The position numbers and the translations under genes are program-made. From Reclinomonas americana ATCC 50394 (taxonomy: Eukaryota), in assembly GCA_048213135.1 (NCBI GenBank), contig PS015262.1, forward strand, positions 22,300-79,491: 57,192 bases of DNA, given 5' to 3'. The notes below the pieces were generated by a model that worked only from the letters and a program-made list of their open reading frames with translations, did no database searches and was not told where the DNA came from. Positions 12,819 to 25,646 of the stretch are shown piece by piece. Position 1 is the first letter of the stretch. Each line of letters starts with the position of its first letter.

Positions 12819-14318
12819 TCACGTTCTGAGTATATTGTCGAGATCCTGCTGCCCCAACTGCTCAGTCATCAGGCCGGCAACCATCGGCAGCACTGCGTAG
12901 GGGACGCTGACCACTGCATACGAGAGGAACGTGCGGACCGCAAACTCTACCATTTGCTCCCGCTGCATCCTCTCGTCCTGCTCTGGGGTGATGGCGACAC
13001 CGCTCGAGGTCCACGCCGCGCGTCGGTCAATCAGGCGCTCTACGCCGAGACCGTAGGTGCCGAGTGCGGCAGCCGCCGCCGCCCAGAAGCCGTTGCGTAT
13101 CGCCTGTCGCTGAACAGGCGGCAAATCACCAGTGACGACCTCGCCGAGAGCGCGCAGATACCGCCGCGCTCGATACTTGGTGCGACAAAAGGCCCACAGA
13201 AACGCCACACACGCCGATGCGCAGACGGCCACCACGGCCGAGTTGGCATTGCGCCGCCGGGCCTCGTCGACCGATGCAGGCGACATTTGAATCACGGGCG
13301 GTGTCAGCTGTCTTCGCACCTCCAACAGCGACACACCGCCACCACCACCACCACCATCATCGCCGCCCGCCTGTAGCGATCGACGTGCCATGTCGGTGGC
13401 CAGAGATTTGCTCTGCGACAATTCGAGGGCGGCCAACAGCGGCGCCGCAGCCTCAGGTCGCTCCCTGTGAACTGCATCACCCGCGGTGTCAGCTGGCGAA
13501 CCAACTCAGTGCATCTGCCATCACACGATCGCAACTCCACGGCGCCATGTGGCACACGACCCACGCAATGTTCATCTGCGACTCGGGCGCTCGCTCCTCC
13601 ATCACGAGACGCGCCACCACCTCCACGTAGTCGACCATGAGTCTCGCCTCGCTGTCCGACTGCGCCAGCACCGCCAACAACTCAGTGCTCTCGTGGCCAC
13701 CACGCCCGCTCGCCTGCAGACCCGCCAGCACCCGTCGCGTCATTGCCTCGCGCAGTGCAGCACCCATCGGCGTGGAGAACTCGTACTGCGCCACATTGCG
13801 CAGCGTCCGCATCGCCAACGAGTAGCCTGTCGACGACACGGATGGATGATCGACGAGTGCGGCCACGGAGGCAATCATGTGCCCACCGTCGTCGTTGTCG
13901 GCCAATGACGAGGCAAATACGCGCAGAAAGATCCGATTGGCGAGGAGATCGTTGGGATTGACGCGACTGATGCGTTCCAGCTGCTCGAGAGCGCGGCATT
14001 GTCGCGGCTGGTCGTCGGAGTCAGCGAGGCCCGTGCGGAGTGATGTGAGAAGCGATGATTGGTCTGCACGTACGCACATTGTGTGTGTGTGTGTGAGAGA
14101 GAGAGGATGAGTGCAGCAGGGTGGGAGACGCACCTTTGGTGGAGTACAGGTGTGCAGCGGAGAGGCCGACACCGCCGAGCCACGCAGCTCGCCAGGCCCA
14201 CAGAGTGCGCGGTCCTCGCACGGCCTCTGTGTGTGTGTGTGTGAGAGTGAATGAGCGAAGGATGCATGCTGTGCTTGTGTGCACACTCACCCAAGGCCAG
14301 GGCGTTCAGGCGCTCCAT
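12819..14318 (-). CDS. Hypothetical protein: helical (possibly ARM-like) N-terminal half, 2-3 C-terminal hydrophobic segments; 3 introns
   Basis: ATG at 14318; GT-AG introns (including 13472-13535) join ORFs 13489-14286 and 12819-13436 in frame. No family recognised. Confidence 0.6.
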
Positions 14319-14529
14319 TCTTGTCTCACGTATTGAGGGGAAGTGCGATTATCGCCCTCGACGTCGAAGTTCGCTGCGATGAACGATTTGCAGATGGGCT
14401 CTCGAAGGCTTGGTGCACAGGTGGGTGCTGATTAGTTAGAAGAAGACGATGCCAAATGTTCACTGACCGACCACGCCCTCCCCCCACCCCCATTTCCCCC
14501 CAAGAAAACCAAAGAACAGGCGCCGGCGC

Positions 14530-17011
14530 TCACACCGGCAGGCACTCTCCATTCGGGCACCTGCCACCAAACATCTGCGGCACAATGTCTGGCTCGCACG
14601 ACTGCACCAGCGCGTTAGGGAAGACGGCCGTCTCAATGGCACCCGCAGAGTCCACGGTGATCTCGGCAACACGCCACCAACGGTAGTTGTTGGGGTTGCT
14701 GGTAGGCACTGCCAACGTGGTGGTGAAGCCGCGCTCGTCAAAGTACAGAACCGAGGCTGCCGAGGTGTGCAAACGCCGCTCGGTGTTGTAAGTGATGGGC
14801 TGGAAGACGCAGTAGACATATCTGCCGCTGAGCCCAAGCTGAGCGATCTCGGTGACCTCGGGGCCGAAGCCAGCGGTTTGGTCCGTGCTCAGAACGGCAT
14901 ACGGCTCCTCGTTGAAGGCGCCAAAGTTGTAAGGCATCGGCTGCCCCGTCTCCCTCGCTCGCACAGGTGCCGACGGCTCCGCCTCCAGCTTCTCGCCGGT
15001 CACGCTGAAGTTTCCGTCAAACTTGTAAACTGGCGACGCCACGATGTAGTTGTAGGGCGTGGACAAGTAGGCGTCCAAGTCGAGTGGTTGCTCGCCCCAC
15101 GTAAGGACAAAGCTGGCGGGGAAGCTGCCTGGAAGCCCGTCCAGCACCACGTCGCCCAAGTCCACAACCGAGCCAACCGGGGGCGTAGTAAGCGTCTGCT
15201 CGGCGTTCTTGATGCCACGATAGTCGACCTGCAATTTGACCGTCTCACCGCCGCCCTTGACAATCAGCGAGAAGCGACCATCGGAGTCAGCCGTGGCCCA
15301 GTAGCTCCCGATGTACGAGACGCCAGTTTGGATCACACTAGCGCCGGCGATGGGGGAGCCAGTGGGGGACACAACGCGGCCAGTGAAGCGAGCGACCGTC
15401 CACACCTGGTCGTAGTTCCAGAAGGTGAAATGGGTCACCCTGCGGGAGACACCACAGAAGGGTCATTAGAAACTTTGCGCTCGCGAAACAGCTTACAACG
15501 GGACGAGTAATCGTGACTCAACTGGCCGACCAGTGCACCATTGCTGTCCTTGGTGGCCACTCCGTCCTCGATCCAGATGCCGAGGTCCTCGTCAAAGTAC
15601 CAAAGCGGCACAGTGCTGGGCGCCGAGGCGGCCAAGGATGACGACAATGAGATTGTGGCGCCGACATTTGGATCCAGCTTCGGCACCACTCCGGACGGCA
15701 GAGGCGACAGCGTGAGCACGAAGAAGCCGAAGCTCTCGATGGGAGCGTCAGCGCCGGCCTGGGTGCGGCCAACGAAGAGACCGGGGAAGGCCAGGATGTC
15801 GGTGGGCGAGCTGTAGTCGAAGGCAGCCAGGTTGACCGTGACAGGGTCGGTAATGGGCGCCCCGGTCGCCTCGTCAATGAAAGCGTTCGGTGGGAAGGTG
15901 ATGTTGTGGGTGGAAGCGGTCACGTCTCCACCTGTCGACGGGTCGACAGATTGGATGACCTGCGCCGCGGTCATGCGCAAGACGGCCTGGTTGATCTCGC
16001 CCGCAAGCACAGCCACCACTTGGAAGCCATCGATGTAGCTCGACGGATTCGGCGCTGAGCCGAAGCTGGCGCCGATGACAACTTGGGGGCCTGCCTCCAC
16101 CGCGGCCAGGAGGAAGGATCCATCGAGGCCAGTGATGGTGCTGAGTGACTGGCTCTTTACAGAAACAGTGACGCCGATCAGTGGAAAATCGGACACGCTG
16201 TCGAGAACATAGCCGCGCAAGACTCCTCGGGCAACAGAGCTGAAGCCGCAATCAGTGAGTTCACAGCAAAAAAACCTTCATCGATCCCACGTACCATTCA
16301 CGATCCGAGGTGGCGGTGGGCGGTGCCAACTCCTGTTGGCCCGCCCCACACACCGTCCACACCTGGCACGCTCGGCTGGTGCCAGTCGAAACGTTGCAGG
16401 CAGTCTTGAGGAACTGGCCATCGGGGCACGCGCTGCAGTCCACCGTCACGGCCGGCTCAGTGAACGCCACGCAGGCGCTGGCCGAACCGCAAATGTTGTT
16501 GAAAGCGTAATTGTTGGGAAACTGGGCGCCGTTGCACTGGCCCTGTTGCCCTCCAGCGAAGCACTGGCAAAATGAGCCTCGGTTCAGGTTGACCGAGAGG
16601 TCCGAGCGGTTGCCGCAGAAGCACTTGCCATTGGTGTGGCAGAAGCCAAACCTGCAGAGGGTCGGGAAAAACTTTGAGACATGGACTCGCGCAACACACA
16701 CGCGACACATGTGTCTGAGTTGACGCAACGGGAAGCTGCACTGAGAGTCCACCGTGCAGGCACCACCACCAATCGGCAGCGCAGGCGCAATGGGCGACGC
16801 CGGTAGATCAGTGGCAGCGATGCACGCCGTGGCCGACAAACAAGTGCCAGCGGGAGCGCCGGCATACGAGTAATTGTCGGGGAAAGGGAAGCGATTGCAC
16901 TCGCCACGCAGGCCACCAGCAAAGCACTGGCAACGATCTCCGCGGTTGAGGTTCAAGCTGCCGTTGCTGCGGTTGCCACAGACGCAAGCCGAGGTCGCAC
17001 TGCGCGCGTCG

Positions 17012-17062
<51 letters not shown>

Positions 17063-17237
17063 TGTGTGTCTGCTGATCATGAAACAAAAGAAGAGGCGCA
17101 CACCTGTCGCAATAGCCAAACGGTGCGTTGCACTGATCGTCAGCTGAGCATCGGAAGGCGGCATGCGCGGAGACGGCCAGCATGATAGTCAGTGCGGTCA
17201 GCGAAACCGCCAAGAACATCGTCCGAGCCATTTTCAT
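14530..17237 (-). CDS. Secreted mosaic protein: signal peptide, two Cys-rich repeats, TNFR-like Cys module, carboxypeptidase-regulatory-like beta domains, YfaP/DUF2135-like C-terminal domain
   Basis: MKMARTMFLAVSLTALTIMLAVSAHA; repeated CxCGNRSxxSxNLNRGxxCQCFAGGxxGxCN; CSACPDGQFLKTAC...PTATSDREC; GYVLDS...PLIGVTV...DGSF; PLWYFDEDLGIWIEDG...VTHFTFWN; LTWGEQPLDLD...DQTAGFGPE. Domain names are from motif recall, not a search. Confidence 0.75.
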
Positions 17238-17819
17238 GTCTGCGCACACGCACGCACACACACGCACGAAACCCGCCTGTGAGCAGCGAGTAACACGGTG
17301 TCGTGATGACACAGCACACACTCCACCGAAATGTGAAGTGGGTCCGCAGAGCTGGAGTGGTATGCTCTCGCGAGGGGGAACTTAATCTGTGGATGTTCCG
17401 CTTCTTCCTGATTGCATTGTTTTTTCCGACGGCCGCAACCACACGCGAATTCTTCCGGTGGTGATAAGTACACTTGTCCCACACTTAACGTTGAGGAGGC
17501 CTATGCAGCTAATACACATGTCAACTGTGCTTCTTGTGCTTCTTGCAAGCATGTGCGTGGTATGAGCTGAACGCACTACGTATATTACATGCAGAACGTC
17601 GACGTCGACGTCGACGTCGATCTCAAAGCTTCCAGTTGGGGCTCTTCACGTCAAGAAGAGACGCCTACATCGTGTGCACCAGCAGGCGATTAAGCAAGGA
17701 AGCACAACGTTGCGGGGGACACCACGTGAGCCACTGTGTTTCCGAACAATCCGCCGGCGTCTTGTCGTCCAGATTTTTTGCATTTCGTTTTTTTCCTCAC
17801 TCGTGTGAGAGACACCACC

Positions 17820-18273
17820 ATGGGTCTTCCTCACCTATACACGGTGTTCCTCTGCATTCCACTGGCCGTGTTTGTGCTCACCGTGGCCGACATCTCGCAC
17901 GTGGAGAGCGAGGCACCGCATGTGCACAGTGGTGTGCCGGATTCCCCCTCTGCGTATGCATGGAAAGCGCTCTCACGGTCACAAGCCGACGAGGTGATCT
18001 ATGAGCAACGCGCACGCGCAGCAGTGATGGCGCGCGATCATCATCGGCAGCGACAGTCGGGATTGGGATTGCGCGGAATCGGACCTTCTTCGTATGCATT
18101 GTTGGGCAACTCGACGCATTGTGGGTCGAGCACGCTGTTGCCGACGATGCTGGGTCGCTCGTCGTTTCTGCTGGTGATGGGAGTGTTCAGCTGGGTGGCC
18201 GCGCTGGCGGGGATTGGCGCGTTTGCGGTGCGTGCGGGGTTCGGAAGTGGAGTGACTGAAGCATGCATGGCGC

Positions 18274-18319
<46 letters not shown>

Positions 18320-20697
18320 TGCTGTCATCCTCAGTATTGCTGCTGCCGGGTTCACTGTTATCTTTCGTTTTGTTGTCTGCCGTGCTTTATCTCAATACGC
18401 AATCCTCTCTGTTGCCCATTCTCCAAGTCTTCGCTGTGGCCTGGGGAAACAAGAGTCAAAGAGTCCTTTGACGCCTGTCCTTGGTGATTCCACCTCAGCT
18501 TTCCTCCACGCTGCGCAGACCATTCTCCTCGCGCGCAAGTCATTTCCCCCCCTCGTGGACGACTTTGTGTTGACAGAGTCGCTATTGAGCATTCTGCTCT
18601 TTGCGACCTCATTTGCCGTGTGTGTCTGGGGCGCCTTTATCATCGAGCAAGTGGACCACACGTTTGATGCGTACGAGATCACCTTCTTTAGCGGCCACCT
18701 GGCGCTTCTCTCCAGCTGCCTGCCACTGGCCATTTTGCTTCTCCGATTGCGGGCCTGCGAAAGGACCGTGTACACGGCTTTTGAGGAGTCGCCAACGAGG
18801 TTAGCTGTGTTGACGCCGCTTCTTCTCGTGCACATGTCAATCGTGGGTTCGCTGGGTGTCATGTACACTCTCGGACACCACTTGCAAAAGTTTCGTGTGC
18901 GAGAGATGGAGAGTGAGAGGAAGAGAAAGAGAGCGAGCTTGCTTATTTGTTTCTGTGCTATCGCAGCTGGGTGGAGTCCACTGGTGCGTCGGCGAACGCA
19001 CAGCGACTGTTTGGGTTCACTGTCGCGTGGCTGTCGTTTTACTACCTCCACGAGTTCTTCACTGTTTACAAGGCGTTCACCGCGCCTCCCAAGAAACCAA
19101 AGGGGCATACCAAACACAGTCCTGAGACCAGCGACAAGGAGCCTTCATCTCAACACAGTTACGCGACCTTTCTGGCCGGCTTAATCAGCGGAGCGGTGCT
19201 GCCCCCGACGCTGATTGTGGTAGCACTCATGGGCGGTGTGGGTGTTCTGGCGGCGCTGTATCCCGGTGCGTGTAGTATTCTTTGCCTGTTTCCCATGTCA
19301 TGCCGCTCATCGTCACCTCTGCCCTCAGACGTGTTGGATTTCTTTGGCGAGCAGACCAAGCCAGTGGGCGGCTTTATTGTCGCTCTGTGTTGCGTGGCAG
19401 GAGTTCTCGGCGTGTTTCTGCCGCTGTTGCGCGTGGATGCGGCGAAACACAACGTGGGAGCGGTGGTGGTTCGTCAGTCGTTGTCGCACTCACGTGTAGT
19501 GTCGCTCACTCTTCAACGAACGCAGCAACGGCAACCGGAGCACCCACCGCGTGGAGGCTCTAGATCTGAGACAGTGTCTCCACGACAGAATACGTTGTCG
19601 CGAACGTCTAGTGCTGCCACAAGTGCCTCTGGAGATGTAGATTATGATGACAGACGCATGTCAACTTCAACCGAGCCCAGCCAGGTGCGGTCACTTTTTT
19701 TGCACGCCGATGAATATCGAGCAACGCTTCTGACTCCTACAAACAGCGCGAATCGAATGCGAAAGCGCATGATCATGATGACCACCACGAATTCAACATG
19801 GACACGTTCTTCTTGATCGGCTGGCTGGCCGAGATATTGTCGTGCACCTGCAACTTGATTTACTTTTTGGGGTGAGACTTGCGAGTACTAAGAAGCTGTG
19901 CAACTGTGAGGCGTATGCGCTCACCATTGTGTGCAGTGGTGACGCGTCCCTCCTGGACCCCGCGCCGGTGAACCGAGTGGCAAACAGTTGTGTGCGCATT
20001 TTTTTGTTGGAGTGTTGCGCTGTTTGCTGACCTGCTAACAGGTATCAGTACCGCCATTCACTTGATCGGCGCCCTGGCAATTGTCGTTCCACTCGTGGCC
20101 TTTGAGCACAATCCACTGTTGCGTGAGTGATCGTGGTGCATACTTGCAGTAGCATCCGCACTGACCTGTCGCGCGCACACACACAGCAAGGTGTTGACGT
20201 ACTGTCAGGAGAAACTGTGGCGAAAAGCGGTGGTGGTGATCGGCCTGACGATTTTGCTGTTTGGTGCGTTCGTGTTGGTCTCGGGTCGATGGGCCTGGGG
20301 GAAGCAACACCGCCCACTGTCGCGTAATGCTCACAGGCCAAGTGGTGCGACTGGGTCTGACGTACGTGGACAAGCTGCACCCCGACATTTCTGTGATTGT
20401 TTATGGCGGTGCGCAGTGCTTGCTGCTCGTGCTTGATATTTGATTATCTCACTTGTCCACTGGAACACAGACTTGCATTCCAAGCTCACCCCACTCGTCT
20501 TCAAGTTCCACGTGACGGCCATTGAGGTCATCACGGTGTTCCTGGTGACGCTGCTGAGGCGCACGAAAGCCGACAATGCTCCACAGTCTGTTGCTCTCGC
20601 GGTTGTTCCCGTGAACGAAACGGGCCGGAATCCCGAACAACAGAGACTGTTGCCAGCAGCTCGAGCACGGTCTGCAGCTGCAGGAGGTTCTTTGTAA
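17820..20697 (+). CDS. Multi-pass membrane protein of unknown family; exact exon structure uncertain
   Basis: ATG at 17820, long ORFs 17736-19184 and 18947-19816 with many hydrophobic segments, short GT-AG introns, TAA at 20695-20697. Confidence 0.55.
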
Positions 20698-20985
20698 TCC
20701 TGTGTCGCTTGTTACTGAATGCATATGGCGAATGATGATGCTGTCGGTAAGAGCAAGATGCTTTCTCTGTGTGTTGGATCACGTGCACCTTCAAGACGTC
20801 GCAAACTCGGCGCCGGCTGTCACGTCTTGTCACCATGCAGAAATGCCAGTATTCGACACTTCGACTTTCACATTGTTTTCGCGATCTTTCAGCTGCTGGC
20901 GTGCTCAAGATGGTGATCATGCAGCTTGCCGCGTTGCTGTGGTGATTTTCCGCGAAATTTCATACGAATATCGGACGACTTCGTA

Positions 20986-22235
20986 ATGTCTCACGCGCGA
21001 GGGCGGCCCAAAGTACGCCACCCTGACACACACACACACTCTCTCTCTTTAAGCTCCCCTCCATCACGCACACACACACTCTCTGTCTCACGCGCGCGTG
21101 TATGCTCACTGGACTTCTCATTTCACAGTGGCGCAAGTTGCACCCAACGATCACCGGCTGGGAGCAGCTTCTGCACCCGCGTGAGCGACCCACGCACATT
21201 CCGCCGATCCGTCTTCCACTGGTCACCGATGCGCGCAGTGTGGTGACGGGAGTGAAGCGCCTGCAAACACCGCCACCACCTCCGCCGCCGNNNNNNNNNN
21301 NNNNNNNNNNAGAATGCCAGGAGCAGAAGAAGGATTTGACGATGGAGAGACGGACACTGAGATGAGAAAGAGAAACACAGTGGAAGAGAGAGGTGACAGA
21401 AAAGCGATTGAGGGTTACTCAGGAAACGAGATACAGCCTTGAGTTAGTGCGACACAGGATACACATGATGGCAGGCAAGCAACGAGAAGAGATAAACACC
21501 AGCAAGATGAGAGACACTGCAAAGGGTCCAGAACGATTTAGAAGAAGGCCTTGAGAGAGGTCGTGTCTGCGCTGAGCAGCAACAGCAGCCGTTGCCATCC
21601 CTGTTGGTATCCCCCTCTTTGTGTTTCTCCGACAGCACTTTGTTCAGCGCATCTGTCTTCGAGTTGATGGCAGTTTAACTCTTTTCACACGCGTATGCGC
21701 TCTCTTCCCGCATGTTTCTCTCCGTCTTTTGCATCCCTTTCCCTCTTCCTCCTCCTCTCTTCCCTCCTCTGCACTCTTCTCTTTTCTTCTCCCCTCCCTC
21801 TCTCCCGCTCTGTGCCTCGTCGCCTTCTTGTTACACTCACCACCGCTGTCCCCCCTCTCCTCACAGCTCTCCGTACCACCGAGAAACCGTGTCGCTGATC
21901 GCCCAGGAAGTGGGCACACTGGCCAGCGATCTCAAGTGGGATGCCGAGGTCTCGTCCCGTGTCCATCTCCCTGATCCTGCATTCTGCAAACATGCTGACG
22001 GTTTTCTTTCTTCTTCTTCTCCACCGCCACAGGCACCTCCCGATGACCCTTTCGAGGACATGCGTGGAGTGCCGATGCCGCCGATGCGGTGGAATCACTG
22101 TGCGTTCCGCCTGTCGGCCACCGAGATGGTGTTGTTTGGCGGGTGGGATCGGCAGCGGTGGATGAATGACACGTTTGTGTTCAACGTCGGTGTGTGTATG
22201 TGTGGTCGTGTCAGTCGTCTGTGGCCAAGGGCACT

Positions 22236-22266
<31 letters not shown>

Positions 22267-24799
22267 CACTGTGCGCTCACCAGAGCGAAACACTGTGCGA
22301 CGGTGCGAGTGCACGGGCATTGTGCCGTCGGGCCGTGATGGAGCGGCCATGGTTCCCGTGGTGTCGTCGGCCGGTGATCCCACACGCAAGGCTTTTATGT
22401 TTGGAGGTGTGCGCATGCCGGGGCGGCAGACGCGCGAGGCTTTTATTTTGGACTCGGTGGTGGGCGAAGGTGCGAGTGTGCACATGCAGTCCGCATTCGG
22501 GGTGTGTGTATGTTCACGTTTTGCCACGCTCACACAGTGTCCAATCGCCCGCCGATATGGTCCGGTGTACATTTTTCGGGCGAGATGCCGAGTGCGCGCG
22601 ATGGCCACTCTGCGGTACAGATTGGTCGTGGACGCGTGTTTGTTTATGGTGGCGCTGACGGAACCGGCATTGCGTTTGAGGATGGATTTGTGTTTGACTT
22701 GAGTTGCGTTCCGTCAGACTGAGAATGTGGGAGCTCGCTCGCTCACCGTGCCCGCAGACACTATGACGTGCCGTCGTGTGCAATTCTCGGGCGACGTCCC
22801 CGGTCCTCGTGCATTCCACATTGCGAGGATGATCAGCAAGAATCGCATGCTGATGGTCGGCGGTCGACCGGATTTGTGTGACACTTTCGTGTTGAATACG
22901 AGTTGCGTGTCGTGTGACGCACTGTCGCCCATTCTGCTGTTTCCAGTCCTCATTCCTCCTCCTGCACAGAAACGTGGGTGTGGTCGCGTCTTGTTTGCAC
23001 CGGCATCACTCCGCCTGTGATTGGTGGTGCGGCCGCAGTGATAATCGAATCCGACCGCCGCTTCCTGATGTGGGGCGGCGTCGACCGGGCGAATCCGTCC
23101 TCTCAAAAACGCTGCTGCTACGAGCTGGATTTGGGTTGCGTGCACGTTCATCTCTCCCTCTCCCGCCCCGATGATTACTCACCGCAGAATCGCCACCCAG
23201 CTTCTCTGGTGTGGTACGACCTCACCGACTATTCGCCGCTGGAGGACACACACTCATCGCCGTGCGCACGTTGGGGCCACACAATGGTGATGATCGAGCC
23301 GCGTAAAGCAGTTTTGTTTGGCGGTTGCTCACTGGCCGATGCCACCAATGCGAGCGCCTTGAACGACTTTTGGGAAGTCACCCTTCGTTGCGTTTCCTAC
23401 GTGCACTCCTTCTCTCCTCCTTTGTCGCTCACCATATTCACGCGCGCTCCCAAACAACAGCCGATGCGCCATTCACGTTCGAGGAGGCATATTTCAGTGA
23501 CGAGGAGAGCGCTGGCGGTGAGATATTGTCGGACGACGAGCGCGGCATATCCGCTGCCGAGGCCGTGGTGCGAGCCAACGAGGTGGCAGCTGGTCACTCG
23601 CCGCGACCTCCCAACATGTTCGACGGCATCTTCAAGCCGCGCTCACCGCGCTCGCCGCGCTCGTCGACGTTTTCCGCAGTCGACCCCTCGGCTGCCGCAC
23701 CTGAGCCACTTAGGCAGTCTGGTATGCAGCTGCACCCTTTTGTTGCTCCTTCCTTGTTGCTCACCACCAAAATTATCCGTGCAACACAGAGTCGCCGCCG
23801 CTATGGCATGATTCCGAGGCGCTGGCAAATGAGCACGGAGGCCGTGAAGGTGAATTCCGCCCCCATTTGCCTGCGTAGGGAAAGCGTCGCTCGACCGACT
23901 ACTCACTCCACACGGTTGCAGCCTTCCGGCAACGCTTGCAACCGCTGCATGGTGTCGGTGCAGAGAATCCTCCGCCTCTGCAGATGGCCGAACCAGTCGC
24001 TTCGCCGAGCGCCGCTGGCTCTCCGGTGCCTGTGCCGCTGCTGAACTTGACGGAGCTCGGCATTGGCGGTGGCCAGCACCAGCCTCCAATCTCCGTCTCG
24101 CCGGTTCCACCTTCACTTGCGGAGCCGGATGAGCCCTCCTCCGTGGCTGTGCCATTTGATCTGGACGAAGACGACGAGGAGGAAGAGGAGGACGAAGTGG
24201 AGGAGGAGGAGGAGGACCAGGGAGCGGGAATCGAGGCCGCGGCGAGCGATGTGCACGCTGGCAATGGCGAAGCGTTTGGCGCACCCGTCGCACCACCAGT
24301 GGCCAGTGGGTCGGAAGAGCCTCCTGTCGCCGACCGCTCGTCAATGGTCGTAGCAACAGTCATGTCCACGCCGCAAAGACGAGTGGCTCGCACGCGCAAG
24401 CACATGCGCCGCATGCTCACGCGCTTCGCTGAGGTACTCAGCGACTCGCCGTCGTTGAGAGAGGAGTTGTTGTCTGTGCGCGCCAGCGTGCAGCGTGTGA
24501 ACGACGCGCTGCCGCGCGATCCACAGCCGCCGCCGCAGTGGCTGTGGGTGTGTCCAATCACGCAGCAGATCATGGTCGACCCGGTCATCTCGTCACTCGG
24601 CCACACGTACGAGCGGGCGGCTCTCGAACTGTGGCTGCGTGACCATGCGCGATCGGACCCCATGACACTGGAGACCATGCCGTCGGATCAAGTTACTCCG
24701 AATTTGGCGCTGCGACAGGCGATTCAGGAGTGGCGGGCGGAGAACGGAGCGCGCCTGCTGGATTTCCCGGAGGTGGAGAAGAGGAATGAGAGCGAGGCC

Positions 24800-24833
<34 letters not shown>

Positions 24834-24853
24834 GCGGAAGTGGAGAGAAATAG
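20986..24853 (+). CDS. Kelch-repeat plus C-terminal U-box protein (probable E3 ubiquitin ligase)
   Basis: Kelch blades RWNH..LFGGW..WMND, PSARDGHSA..VYGG, FDL|NTMT, PGPRAFH, RWGHTMV..LFGG..LNDFW; U-box PPQWLWVCPITQQIMVDPVISSLGHTYERAALELWL...DPMT...PNLALRQAIQEW. The start codon is tentative (small gap at 21291). Confidence 0.82.
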
Positions 24854-24926
24854 TGCACAATGCAGTCTAATATGCATTACTGTCACACGTTTCCATCCCT
24901 GTCAACTACGTCGTCTACGATGATCA

Positions 24927-25581
24927 TCACAACGAGTGCACCTTCCAAGCAGGATCGGCGCGCAGCTGCTCGCCCATGGCTCGCGTACCAAAGATGACGG
25001 ATGCCGAGGGCATCACACCGGGCAACAGATACGACCGCGCCACACGACGCACGTCGTCGGCAGTCACCTCGAACAGCAGATTACGTCGCCTGTACAGATA
25101 TGTTGAGTGGATACCCAAGTCTATCAACATGCACGACAGCCAAAGAAAAAAAAGAGGCTCACCGCAAGCGCATCTCGTCCGTCAGCTGGAACGAGAACAG
25201 TGCACGGCCACGCAGCTGCACCGGCACGGGCGCATCGAGCTGTTTGAAGACGCCCAACTTGGCCTCTTGCAGGTCGCGATCGGTGAGTGGTGCCTCCTCG
25301 GCCACCCACCGACCGGCATCCTCCATCACTCGCAGAGTGGCCAGGGCTTGCGGGTCGCGGAACGAAGAGAACGAGAACACGCCGTCCAGACCCAGGGAGC
25401 ACCCGCTGCCATAGGCGCCACCCTTCTCACGCACAGCTGCGTGCAGATAGGTGCGACTGACGAGCTGTGACAACACCTCCAGGGCCGGCTGGTCCGGGTG
25501 TGTGTATGTAGTGCCCGTGTCAATGCTGCCAGTCAAAAAAGGCAATAGTTGGTACTCAAAAGGTCATAGCGTGAAACGAAT

Positions 25582-25646
<65 letters not shown>

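Noticed and set aside
13291-13496. 20-nt near-duplicate atcac..gcggtgtcagctg in an exon and the neighbouring intron
   Set aside because: It is short, one copy overlaps the CTGAC branch-like motif, and no further structure is evident.
21311-21690. Possible foreign or decayed coding fragment in the Kelch gene intron
   Set aside because: It has stops in all frames and no recognisable motif, and it adjoins a gap, so nothing can be supported.
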